A DNA stretch of 64,000 nucleotides from Oopsacas minuta (Eukaryota; Animalia; Porifera), in contig JAKMXF010000210.1 in the NCBI GenBank assembly GCA_024704765.1, positions 248,001 to 312,000 on the forward strand. Direction: 5' to 3'. The translations under genes and the position numbers were made by a program. A model generated the notes under the pieces. It saw only the letters and a program-made list of their open reading frames with translations. It was not told where the DNA came from and searched no databases. Shown piece after piece: positions 36,526 through 52,758 of the stretch. Position 1 is the stretch's first letter, and each line of letters opens with the position of its first letter.

Positions 36526-39198
36526 TTACTCAAGAGGTTTAGGTACTATCTTCTTGTAGGTTGGATTATCCACCTCAGTGAAAGGAGGTACATAAAGTGG
36601 ACTGTTTGTAAATGGAAGATTTTTCCTTTTACTTGTGCTATCAAAAAATAATTTGAACTCTTTTCTCTCAACAAACCATACAAACAATCGTATTACGATT
36701 ATAATTACTACACCAGTAAATGCTACAATAAAGAAAGCAAGCACTAACCAAGGCCACCAAGTTGGAGAGTCACAAGTCCGCCTCCTCGCGATTATATCAA
36801 TATTATCCTCATTTCCCGTGAATTTATAAGGGATGACATAATCCCAAATACAGTCACTCTGATCAAACAAGTTACACATTCTGTATGCAGGGTCTCTCTG
36901 TAGTAGCCTGAGTTGTGTATCATTTGTAGTTGATAACTGAATAGATTCACCGGGCATCCCACTGCAGCATGATTTGCTCCCGGTTGAAAGAAGGCAAGAA
37001 AGACAGGGACGTAGTAAAGCACATGATTTTGTGCATACATTGCATATCTATAATACCAAATTCTAAATTATATACATTTTGCGAAAGGAAATAAAATTGA
37101 TAACTAACCTCACAATATTGTCCCTCGTAATCAGGATCTTCTAAATTATCCCCGACATCACATTGACATTGTCCACACTGACAAGAACCAAAACCATTAC
37201 AAATACCTATGAGAAAGTTTTCAGGATCAGTACAGCCCAACTGAGCTGTTGGATTCTCAAGTTTCAAACAAGAACATTGTCCCTGTGGACCATCCTCATA
37301 TCCAGGTGTGCAAACACACACACCACTACAGGAACAGGTACCCTTATCAACTCCTCCACATACCTCACCGTTGTAAACTGGACATAGCTTATCATCACAG
37401 TGACAATACTCTCCAAATGTTCCAGCATTACACTCACAAGCTCCACATTTACAGATGCCTTTATTAGAACAAGCCTACAAATATAGCATATATATATATA
37501 TAAATATGACGTCATATAATAATTATATAGTATAAGTTACTAACTATATTAGATCCAGGCTCTATACACGTACGAGAAGCGTTGACTTGACATTCACAAT
37601 TTGGCCCTGAATAACTATCAGCACACTCACAGATACCACAAACTAGATCCCCGCTAGAACTGCATTGTAATGAATCCTCCTCAGAGACACTGGAACATGG
37701 ACATTCACAAAATGAATATAGGGTCACATTAACAACTCCAAACCCTTGAAACCTGACATCTAGGTTGTGAGGATGAGCATGTCCCATAGAGCATGCTTGA
37801 TCTGGATTCAACCAAACTTCTAGCTCGTAGGTAGCACTAGAATTTCTGGGTACCTCAATACAACTCTTACTCTCTTCTATGTGTGTACCTCCGCCACAAT
37901 CCACCACTGACAGTCTAACAAATAAATACAATCAATTACGTCATTATGCATATGTATTAAAAGCGCTTACTCATATTGTATGACATCATTTTCAGGCAAT
38001 ATGAAGGGACGAGCACTGGTACTAGCTCGCACATAGATATTCTCTACAGTAGTTCTGAGCTCATTATGGTCTCCTGTGAGGATAACAATAGTATTCTCTA
38101 TACCGATTATCTTAAACAACTCTTCGTATAGGTCTCTATAGTCTCCGTCAGTTATTATTACAGGTAGAACATTCTCTGTCAATATTATATTCAAGAACTG
38201 TAGAATAGAAGGGTAGTCTTGATCTCCACTGTTCACATATCTTCCCTTCTCCAAGCTACACATCAGGTTGTTAGGCTTAACTATGCCTGCTAGTCTACCG
38301 TCTAGAGCGTAGTGAAACTCTGAGTCAGTCATCAATACAACCATGCGATAAGATTTGAAAACTTCTCTCCATCCTATAATTATAATGATATCAATCCTAG
38401 AAAATTTAATATATATTTGATACTTACCGATTTCTTCTGTACAGACCAGGGATTGTAGAATACCCTCTAGCACATTCTCAGGCTGATCATCATTCGTACC
38501 AGTCATGATACTACTAACTGAAGAATTGACCAGAGTCTCATTTGAAGTGAGAGAGAGAACATTCTGAAAGGCCTGGGATACTCCTGGGAAAGGTAACTCT
38601 CCATTCTGATTGAAGTGGAATGGAATAGTCTCTTTTTCTACGAAAGTACCAAAGCCCACTCTTGAAGTTCTACTTAAGCTTCGCATGTATCTCAACAGAT
38701 CGACTGTCATAGACTCTACAATTTTGAGGTAGGGTCTCATTGATGCAGTGTTATCGAATAACATGTAGAGATCTACTGGATATAATTCGGGTTGAGGAGG
38801 AGAAACTCTGATTTCAAAAGTCTTACGAACCTTTGGCCTCAAGGTAGCGACTACCTATCCAATAGAAACCGTATAAATAAGTAACATTATATTGTAAAGA
38901 TAATACGTACTCTAGTTGGAGATACTCCTAGTGAACTTCCGCTAATTGATAGAGATTGATCACCTGCTGTAATATCAACTTCAGGACATCCTCTCTGCTG
39001 TAGAATAGTAGGCGTATCACAGGCAGGATAGTACAGCTCTGCATATGTTCTGTTACCACACCATTCACAAGGGAAAATAGGAGAAGAGATACACTCATCA
39101 CAAGTGAGGAGAGAGTTGCAATGATCTTGAGCTGAATTTTGAGATAATACAAAGGGCACCAGGGATAGGATAAGGAATATGAAGTGATTGGGCAGCAT
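36526..39198 (-). CDS. Integrin beta subunit, 6 exons
   Basis: Signal peptide, PSI (CDECI...CEWC), beta-I domain (YPVDLYMLFDNTASM, GFGTFVEK, DQPE, TDSEFHYALDGRLAGIV), I-EGF repeats, transmembrane helix, tail with NPTY. Exons 38911-39198, 38428-38854, 37971-38373, 37545-37914, 37109-37474, 36526-37047 give 792 codons. Confidence 0.95.
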
Positions 39199-39346
39199 TC
39201 TGTAATGTAAATCAATAAGTTATATTCCTAATGCACTCTTAGCGAAAGATTAATGTAAAAAGCTCCCAGAAAATGTTGATAAACAATATATTATTTTACG
39301 TAAGTGATTAAAATATTAAATATAAGGCATACAAGTGATTAGATGT

Positions 39347-39838
39347 TCAGTCCATTCTTCTCTCAATTGTGAGGCCCTGTTTATCGTCAATAATAGTTTC
39401 ACAGCGAATTCTATCAATTTCATTTAAACAGCCACCCCCAAGCATTCGAGAAAACGCTCTTATCTTTTTAGCCTCATTTATCGGTTCTTCTAGAAGAGCA
39501 CTAAGCTTCAGAGCTCTTAGCGAAGTAGGCTGAGCAAGGAATATCCTGTTCATTTCACGATTTCTACAATCTTCATATTTTAATTTGAGATTCTTAACTC
39601 TTGCTCTTGCTTCTGCAGATTTCAACTCTCCAGTCAATTGATCTCTCAGTTTAAATACAGCTAATTCATTTTCAGTTGGGAGTTGATCTCTACTCGATTG
39701 GAGTTTAGTCTGTACCCTAACTTTAGCAATGTTTTGAGCTTCTTCCACTTCTTTATTGGGTTTCTGGTAAGCTAGATACCTGCTTCTCTGTACTAGACAC
39801 ATTTTACGGATGTCCTCAGCATTTTTCTCTTGATTCAT
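39347..39838 (-). CDS. LKAAEAR1: LKAAEAR motif-containing protein 1-like, single exon
   Basis: GELKSAEARARVKNLKLKY...AQPTSLRALKLSALL matches the family motif GxLKAAEARxRxRxLRLRY...AxRLE. Confidence 0.72.
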   Translation of the reverse strand: MNQEKNAEDIRKMCLVQRSRYLAYQKPNKEVEEAQNIAKVRVQTKLQSSRDQLPTENELAVFKLRDQLTGELKSAEARARVKNLKLKYEDCRNREMNRIFLAQPTSLRALKLSALLEEPINEAKKIRAFSRMLGGGCLNEIDRIRCETIIDDKQGLTIERRMD

Positions 39839-40064
39839 TATTTATTTTAACTAATTTCAAAATTATCTAAAGATATTATAACCGAGAACATTGCAAACTA
39901 TACAAATCCATCGAAGTAATACTAAATTTGTAATTCATTTTATTGTATAACTTTGTAGAGGATCAAGTGATCAGACATCATTCAAATAATAATTCAAAAC
40001 AAATACAAACTCAATGAGAAGATGTAATTATTGAATAAGACTATGTATTTTAAGAATGAAGTTT

Positions 40065-42614
40065 TTAACGTATGTCAAGATGCTCCAGCTTTGGCTTACC
40101 ACATCTCTTAGTCTCTCTGAATCGTCCTAAATCCTTCCTAGTGACAATACCAACAACTTCATTATTCTCATTCACTATAACAATATGCCTGAGACCTAAT
40201 GCTCTGAACAAACAGAATATTCTTGGATAACTAGCATTGATAGTTACTGTGTATGTCCCTCTATTCATGTAAGGATGGAGATCTATAAAATGAGAATCCT
40301 CTTCAACAGTTGTATGTATTGAATCGATACTAGGGAAACGAGGATATTCAGTTTTGAAATAGTATAGAGGAAGGTACGGAGGTCGATAAGGTGCACGAAG
40401 GTCTTTGAAAAATACTTTGTGTTTGAGAAGTATTATCAGCTGACTGCGATTAATGAACCCTCTGTATTGCCCATATGTAAAGTGATCATCATGTGTATTG
40501 TTGTTACCTTGTCCTTCAACAACAGGGAAGCCGTTATGATTCGTGTGACTTAGAACTGCGATTATCTTGCCAACCTGTTCGACAGGTTGGAATGTGCACA
40601 CTGGTGAAGCCATTACATCCTTTGCTTGCAAATTGGTTGCTGTCTCTGGATGCTCCCATGACAATAACGGAATGCTCTTCAATTTAATGCTAGCTTCATA
40701 TATGCCTTCCTGGAACAAACTCCCTATCCACTTAGCTATCATTACAGTCACCATAATGAGCAATCCGTAACTAGTGTTGCCAGTCGTTTCTATGAGAATT
40801 ACAGTTAAACTTAACGTCATATGAGATACCCCTCCTAGAAAAGCAGCTGATCCAATGACAGCGTATTTTCCTGGTACCACCCATTCGCTATTAGGGAAGA
40901 GAGCGTGTAAACCTTCTCCGAAGGATCTGCCCATCGTAGCACCAGTTAGTAGAGCAGGGACGAATAACCCAGCTGGAACGCACAGTCCGAACACCCAGCA
41001 GGTTAGCATGAAGTACACTACGAAGAAGAATACAAGATGTAGACATGAATAAGCTAGTTTAGGATTATGGAATAGCTTCTTTATGGACTCCTCTGGTGTA
41101 GTGAATATTAGTGTAGCTAATGCATTGTACTCTCCGTCTGCACAGAACAGCTGTACTGGGTGATGTTCTGCGTACTTTGACTCTTCATAAGTTCGCAAAG
41201 AATGACAGTCACTGAAGAAATAAACAGCTGAGAATGAAATTGTTGTTGATATAAGAGAGACCACTACTGCCTCTATGATACGACATGCTCTAATACGATT
41301 CAGGTATTTTCTTCTGAAGAGGGTAAGTCTGAAACTGAGTGAGTTGAAAAGCGCACCTAACAGTCCTCCCATGATTCCTAGGATAATTACAGTGAATATA
41401 TCCCATGTGTCAATATGACAGTTCTCATAGGGAAACTGTCCAAAGTTGACAAGACCTTGGTAGGTTATGGCGCCCAGATGATCGTTAACAGCTGATAAGA
41501 TTACAGTGACAACAAACGCAGAACTCATTGAAGCGAAGAATATTCTCCAAGTCAGTGCCTGGTTCCAGAAGCTTGCCCCTTCCTCAAGACTGAAGAGAAC
41601 TCCTCCAATTGGCGCGCCAAATGCCGCAGAAACTCCTGCAGCAGCACCTGCACTCACGAAATCTCGTTTCTCTTTATCATTCCTAAAATTCTCAAATACC
41701 TTAGCTATTTTCGGAAAACATTTGAGTATATCAAATCGTACACTATTAGCTCTACCCTGTGATATCCCTGCTGCTATTATAGACCCTATATGAATCATAG
41801 GTCCCTCTCTCCCACCTGCTAGACCCCCTACAACAACACAAATCACTCCGATTGACTTCACAATGAGAGTTTTCAACCTAACTACTTCCGGTATCTTGAC
41901 TCCATTCAGATAACATTTAATCTCAGGTACTCCTGAGCCACAAGCAGCTGGGCCAGCGTATACAGCAAGAGTAGCAGCGAACAAAATCAAAGAACAGTCT
42001 ATAGTTATCCACATGAGAAACGCCCAACAAGTACATCCATAGTCTAGACACCGAGTTATGGTATTTTTGATTAGTTCATACTTTCCCTCTGCCATATGCG
42101 TCATAGCTAAGTCTAATCCGACAGCAAACAGACCTACAGTACAACCAATGGATAGCATTAGCAGCCAGCGTACCAGACTAACGTACAGATGTTGTAAGGA
42201 ACCGTGCGTTCTCTCTCTTTCATAGTAGAGCTCATTTTCCATTACATCATAATCAAGACTCTCATATTTGGAGGAAAGAAAATCACTGCCATTGACTGCT
42301 TCCATCATCCTCGGATTCTCCTCAACCATCGTGAAACTACTCTCTCTGCTCTCGCTGAATTCCTCAGACACGGTTGAGTAATAATCTCTAGGATTCATGT
42401 AAGATTTAAAATCATTGACAGCACGATATGACATCTGACCGAGATAATTGAGTGTACCTGAAAAGTCAGTGCCTTGTTGGTTCATTTTAGTACTGATGTG
42501 CTTGCGCTCACGGTAATTGTGTACATTTGTATTTGTATTAATGTGAGTTAAATTGTTGCCGCAGAGCAGAGGTCTGCTATCATCATCACAATCATCATCC
42601 AGAAAATCTACCAT
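40065..42614 (-). CDS. CLCN7: Lysosomal H+/Cl- exchanger ClC-7, single exon
   Basis: KYESLDYD, GSGVPEIKCYLNGVKIP, GREGPMIH (gating Glu), FSLEEG (proton Glu), GLFVP, two CBS domains, N-terminal acidic dileucine DDDSRPLL. Confidence 0.93.
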   Translation of the reverse strand: MVDFLDDDCDDDSRPLLCGNNLTHINTNTNVHNYRERKHISTKMNQQGTDFSGTLNYLGQMSYRAVNDFKSYMNPRDYYSTVSEEFSESRESSFTMVEENPRMMEAVNGSDFLSSKYESLDYDVMENELYYERERTHGSLQHLYVSLVRWLLMLSIGCTVGLFAVGLDLAMTHMAEGKYELIKNTITRCLDYGCTCWAFLMWITIDCSLILFAATLAVYAGPAACGSGVPEIKCYLNGVKIPEVVRLKTLIVKSIGVICVVVGGLAGGREGPMIHIGSIIAAGISQGRANSVRFDILKCFPKIAKVFENFRNDKEKRDFVSAGAAAGVSAAFGAPIGGVLFSLEEGASFWNQALTWRIFFASMSSAFVVTVILSAVNDHLGAITYQGLVNFGQFPYENCHIDTWDIFTVIILGIMGGLLGALFNSLSFRLTLFRRKYLNRIRACRIIEAVVVSLISTTISFSAVYFFSDCHSLRTYEESKYAEHHPVQLFCADGEYNALATLIFTTPEESIKKLFHNPKLAYSCLHLVFFFVVYFMLTCWVFGLCVPAGLFVPALLTGATMGRSFGEGLHALFPNSEWVVPGKYAVIGSAAFLGGVSHMTLSLTVILIETTGNTSYGLLIMVTVMIAKWIGSLFQEGIYEASIKLKSIPLLSWEHPETATNLQAKDVMASPVCTFQPVEQVGKIIAVLSHTNHNGFPVVEGQGNNNTHDDHFTYGQYRGFINRSQLIILLKHKVFFKDLRAPYRPPYLPLYYFKTEYPRFPSIDSIHTTVEEDSHFIDLHPYMNRGTYTVTINASYPRIFCLFRALGLRHIVIVNENNEVVGIVTRKDLGRFRETKRCGKPKLEHLDIR

Positions 42615-43442
42615 TTGGTTTTGAGTCTAGAACTGAACAAGAATCCATATCGTATTTATATGACAACAAACAGCTAGCAGCCAACGAGGAACTCATTTCA
42701 TAATTGAATAGATCGCTTGGGTTACGGATGTAATCATTCATTCCGATATTAACTGTTACCACAAAAAGAGAAGAAGCAATCACAATGTGAGATTGTAAGG
42801 AAATTAAGTAATATATTATAACTCAAAAGAATCCTTTTTGTTCACAACAAAGGGAATCCAACACATGCTTAATTTCCATCTGCAGGGTATCAGTCATTCC
42901 TGATAGAAATAATTAAACTTGAAACAGACATCAGTGGATATTAAAATAAATTATCAAACAAATGCTGTCTGTCTTACAAAAGTTCATTATTATTGAGGCA
43001 CAAAGGTTGGAATTGTTCTGAAAATGTAGCAGTCAATAGAAGAATCAAGTAATATTGTTAACATAATGTACTGCCACTAGTTCTATTGTTGTGTGGGAGT
43101 TAGGCATGTCAAAAATAAGACACATGCTACAAAAACTAAGGACAATAAACAGTAAATTGGTTGAGTTGTACTACGCAGTTCACGATGTACTAACATATTA
43201 AACGGTTTGAATAAAAAGTTTGAACCAAATTGAATGAAATAGTCTGAACAATTTGGAATTGAATGTCGTCTTTAATAAGTTAAGTAGGAACTTCAATAAG
43301 AGTCCACACAACTGAATTAATTGGGATATTAGTGGACTGTATTTGAATATCCTCTAATGACGACAACAATAATAAATATTTGACTATAAATTGAATTGAA
43401 TTGAAAAATAATGGCAAATTTGAGTCAATCAAATACACAGAA

Positions 43443-44684
43443 ATGACAACAAGGAATCATTCAATTCAAGAGAGGATCAAGAAAGCTAAGAGAGAAGTAT
43501 CTGTACAGTTTGAAGAGTTAATCGTTACACTCCAGAAGAGAAGAGATGAACTACTCGATCGATTGGATGAATTAGAACGTGAACAGTTTGGAGTAGAAGA
43601 AAAGAAAAGAGAGATTATTTCACAGCTACAGTCAATGCAACAGTATACTAACCAGCAGATGAGAGCAAGGGAAGTATCGTCTCTCAAACAAATGTTCCTA
43701 GAGAGTATTGATGCACAAATCAAAGAGATAAGAGACCAAGAAATAGTACCACAATTCACAGATATACAATTCTGTCTAGATGAGTCAATTCAGCTACAGC
43801 TCTCTAATATAGGAAGCATAGTATTAGAAGGACATACCATACAGCCTAGACAGATTCTACCAGCAAAAGAGGCAATCAGTGATAAGTTCTTGCCACTATC
43901 AATTGACACAGATGAAGAAGGAAATATATTCATTCTATCTTTGCAATACAAGAAAGAAATAGTATCATTGCGTCCTGATGGTACTGTTATCAATACACTC
44001 CCGATGAAGTGTTCAGGGAAAATGCAATTAGGAGGTATTGCAGTATCAAATAAGTATGTATTTGTAACTCTATCAAGTGAACATACTCTACATGTTTATG
44101 AGAAGAATAGATCATTTTTGAAATGTTTGGGGAAGAGAGGAGATGATAAAGGAGAATTTCAATACCCATTCGGAGTAGCAGCAAGAGATGATATACTGCT
44201 GGTCTGTGAGAGAGACAATAATCGAGTACAGGTCTTTAAAAGTTTAGTATTTTCTCATTTTATCGGTTATGAGAACAAAACTCCAGGTCAGTTGAGAAAA
44301 CCGATTAACATTAGTATAAATAAGAAATTTGATGCTGTAGTGCTGCACCGTGGGCACCCTTGTATAAATGTATACTCTCTGTTTGGTCAGCTGTTGTACC
44401 AGCTGGGGTGTCAGATTCCGCGGAGTGAGTTGGATGGATTAGGATGGGATGTTTGTATCACGGAAGAAGACGATATATTCATAACAGACTTCCAATCACA
44501 CAATCTACTAATTTTTCAAGGAGACAGGACAACTTGTGTAAAGTATGGAAGTAAAGGGAGAGATGTTGGTCAATTCATGCGGCCAGAGGGTATAACTATA
44601 AACGGAGAACTGCTTTTGGTATGTGATCAAGATAATAACAGAATTCAATGTTTCCCTGTTAAAGAGCTAATGACAAACTACTGA
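43443..44684 (+). CDS. Coiled-coil + NHL-repeat beta-propeller protein (TRIM-NHL-like, no RING or B-box)
   Basis: N-terminal heptads, then NHL motifs GEFQYPFGVA...ERDNNRVQVF, GQLRKPINI, GQFMRPEGI...DQDNNRIQCF. The track start 43401 is TTG; first ATG is 43443. Confidence 0.85.
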   Translation: MTTRNHSIQERIKKAKREVSVQFEELIVTLQKRRDELLDRLDELEREQFGVEEKKREIISQLQSMQQYTNQQMRAREVSSLKQMFLESIDAQIKEIRDQEIVPQFTDIQFCLDESIQLQLSNIGSIVLEGHTIQPRQILPAKEAISDKFLPLSIDTDEEGNIFILSLQYKKEIVSLRPDGTVINTLPMKCSGKMQLGGIAVSNKYVFVTLSSEHTLHVYEKNRSFLKCLGKRGDDKGEFQYPFGVAARDDILLVCERDNNRVQVFKSLVFSHFIGYENKTPGQLRKPINISINKKFDAVVLHRGHPCINVYSLFGQLLYQLGCQIPRSELDGLGWDVCITEEDDIFITDFQSHNLLIFQGDRTTCVKYGSKGRDVGQFMRPEGITINGELLLVCDQDNNRIQCFPVKELMTNY

Positions 44685-44867
44685 ACTTTCTCTTGCTATT
44701 CCTCGATTGAGTCAATTGCTACGTACAATCATTCTAATATGAATTATTAATGTGTGGATTATTTAGCATAAATATCTTATTATTTAAACTTACCAATCCA
44801 ATAATGATACAAATCAAATATGAAGTGATAATCAATATGATAAGTAGTCAGGTTGCCATAATATAAT

Positions 44868-47298
44868 CTATAGAGTGAGGATATTCTCATTTCCCTTCTC
44901 ATCCCCAATGGATTCCTGTGAGATATGAGCCTGTTGATCTGCTAGCTCTAACTTGCAGGCAAATAACTTCTGGAGATCTTCCCACATTCCCATTTGAGCT
45001 AAATTAGCGTTATGAGCAGATTTAACAATTTTCTGTTTCTCTCTCAGAGCTTTTCCAGCATTTTCAGATTCTTGTATTTTCCGTGTGTACACGTCTCTTA
45101 GAGATTTCTTCTTCTGGGAGTCTCTACCCCCCATGTATGTCTTGAGTTCATTTGATACTCTCTCTTGTTGTGCATTCACTTCTGTCTGCATGAACTGTAA
45201 GTAATGATACCTAATACAAATTCGCAATAAACAGACACATATGCTGTAATGAGTAGACTGGTTAAGTGGTTATATAATTACCTGCTTTCATCTGCCATAC
45301 ACTCCTGTCTGAGAACTTTCACTGTTGCCTCAGTCTGAATTCTCTGTCCCTCTAATCTGGCATAGAACGCATCATAAGTCTTCTTTTTCGCACTGTGCTC
45401 ATTTCTCAAATCTGCTTCCTGTTTTCTGAACGGGCGGAGTTGTTTAATTAGAGGAGCGAGGGAAGCCTTCTTTTCAGAAATTGCTCCAGAAAGTTTCACA
45501 ATCATCTACAAAGTGTTGAAATATGTATAACCAAGATATGTGGACAGATATATACAAAATACCTGTGACATGTTCTCTAGGGCATTACCCTTTTGTTCAT
45601 CTAGTTTTGACTTGACACCTGACACCTCTTCTAAGGTATCTTGCGCTTTTCTGAACCCGTGTACACCCTTATCTCTTTCTGCGTCTTCTAACACTACTCC
45701 TGACTCTCTAGCTTGGTGTTGAAGCAATTCATCAGTTCTAACTAATACTCCTACTTCAGCTTTCAACTCATTGAGCTCTTGTCTCTTCTTTTTGAATGTA
45801 TTACTCATTACACGGAGCTTACTCACATATCTGATCAAATAACATTAAATACTAATTCTATACTATTTGGTATGTCGTTAATATACCTTTTGAAGTCATC
45901 ACCTTTCAGAGTTTCAGTAGCTCCCATTTCTCTCGCCATCTCGCGCTTCTTATCAAGTTCCTCCTGCAGTTCACGAGATTGTTCTGCAGCATCTCTCCAC
46001 GAACTGTTCAAACCTGTTTTCTTGTTAGATACCATGCTAGCTTGTTGTCTGTACAACATCAGACTGTCATCTCCCTGTCAATCAATTCTAATATAACAAT
46101 CAATCAATCAAAGTGCAAAAATGTATACTTTTGTATCCATAGATTGCAGCTTGTTTGTGACCAGCTGTTCTATTTCACTGTTAACAGAATCTACAGCATT
46201 TCTCATAGAGTCTAAGTCTTGATCAGTCATTGCAGGTTCCATTGCAATTCGTTCTATTTCAGTGCATCTAGTCTTTAAGTCATTTATCTAACAAATATTA
46301 TAAATCTATAGAAGTCTTCAGATAAAAGTTTGTAAGCTGTTTTACCTCTTTAGGCAGTCTCTCCATAGCCAGGGCTTTCTTAAGTCTGAGTTCATCTTCA
46401 CTCATAACAAGCAGTGTATGTCCAGACATACGGTCCCCATGTGCTTGTAGTGCCTTCAATTCCTCGCTTAGCTTCATGCGACGGATATCTGCTTGGGATA
46501 TTAGATTCCTCTGAGCTTGTAGTTGTTCAGCTAAGTCAGTTTTCTGGTCTCTCTCCTTCCTGAGAGAACCACAAGCTTCCAAACTCTGTGAAAAGTTTGG
46601 TATTTGTTCAGCTCGCTTCTTAAGATTACTCAATCTATTCAAATGATTTAATAAAGTTATTCGTGATAAAGAGAGATAAAAGTCTGAATGTACCGATTTT
46701 GCAGCTGATCTCTCTCCTCTTCCATCCTCTCAATATCCTTCCTAACCTCCTCAGCACTAATTCCAGTGTTGAGGTTTTGTTGTCTAGCCCTGTGTAGCTG
46801 CTTGAATTCACCCAACAAGCTATCATATCGCGTGTACAACTCTTGTATCTACAAATTTCACGATAATTACTGATTAACATTATTATTTGTATTACTAACT
46901 TGATGATCAGCTAGGAATTCAGGTGGGACCTCAATCTTCACGAGGTATTGAGCTAGATAAGCTCTAGTTTTGAGATCAGGTAATCTAGCTAACAACCATT
47001 CCATGATAGGATATATTGTTCTCTTCTCTCCTCCTATCAAACTATGAGCCATATCGCGCTGTGGAGCAGGGAAGTTGTATTTCAACAGTTTTAAGAAATT
47101 CAACATTCTTAGGGTGGTGGTCTTAGGTTCTTCCTGACGGATATCAACCTCATGTTGTTGAGATATGTGAGCAAGAATATCGTTTAGAGCTTGTAACAGA
47201 GCTAGCGGCTCTAATTCATCAAATGTAATTATGTTGTAATTACGACTGAATGGAGGATGATTGAGAGCCTGAATTATCACCTTTATTTGTTCACTCAT
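44868..47298 (-). CDS. IFT81: Intraflagellar transport protein 81, 8 exons
   Basis: MSEQIKVIIQALNHPPFSRNYNIITFD, RAYLAQYLVKIEVPPEF, LYRQQAS, LKGDDFKRYVSKLR. Exons 46900-47298, 46694-46848, 46346-46634, 46129-46287, 45887-46074, 45563-45830, 45282-45505, 44868-45210 give 675 codons. Confidence 0.96.
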
Positions 47299-47445
47299 GC
47301 TATCTAACCACCTGTAATGCACTTTAAAATAATTATAGGTTTGTAATTGTATTATCTATGGTAATTGAGAAGATAATCATTGTATCCATTAGTTATTCAG
47401 GTCCTATCAAGGCTAAGTAGGTCACCGTCTTGATACACAAATAAA

Positions 47446-47479
47446 CGGTAGACCCCCGTTATAACGAGAATTTACTGTA
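47446..47479. mobile_element. 32-bp collapsed MITE: two TIRs fused at a central palindrome
   Basis: CGGTAGACCCCCGTTATAACGAGAATTTACTG-TA. The right half reverse-complements to CAGTAAATTCTCGTTAT, similar to the left half and to the other TIRs in the window. Confidence 0.5.
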
Positions 47480-48019
47480 ATTACCCCTCAATACCCGGCT
47501 TGTACTCAAGAATCTGCCATCAGAACATTTTACAAGACATAATAATCCATAGATTTTGTAGAGGTATACGTCTAGCTATACGTATTGTTTGTTACTCTCA
47601 TTAATATATAACAGAAATTGACATGGAAATAAAGTTTATTAGAAAGTATGAAACAATGAATACGGAATTGACAGCAGAAAGCGAATTGTATACATGAAAA
47701 TATTGCGTGAAAATTTCTAAACAAATAAGGTAGAATTCTAATAAATATGTATAAAAATGAGCATGATGAGATTGAATCAACAAATCAATAGACGATATAT
47801 GTGGGTGATTATCCTTGTATATAACTGAGCATTAGAGGATCAGGATGATAAAAAAAGACAAACGGTCTAGAGCTTAATACATTTGATCGGTGATAAATCT
47901 GCAAGTTGGATGAACTGATACAAGTAATGAAGTTATGTAAAATAGTAAAAACGCTAAACATTATCGAACTATGAGAATGAACGGATGACGAATGGGTTAC
48001 TCATGAATTGAGTAGAGAG

Positions 48020-52758
<4,739 letters not shown>

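Noticed and set aside
42595-42783. 62-aa ORF overlapping the CLCN7 start as an extra exon or uORF
   Set aside because: Non-ATG start, different frame, no homology; CLCN7 has its own ATG and acceptor-like site.
43301-43341. Inverted repeat AGTCCAC...GTGGACT(GTA) upstream of the NHL gene as a mini-MITE
   Set aside because: Only 7 bp of symmetry and no left TA-CAGT end; compatible with chance.
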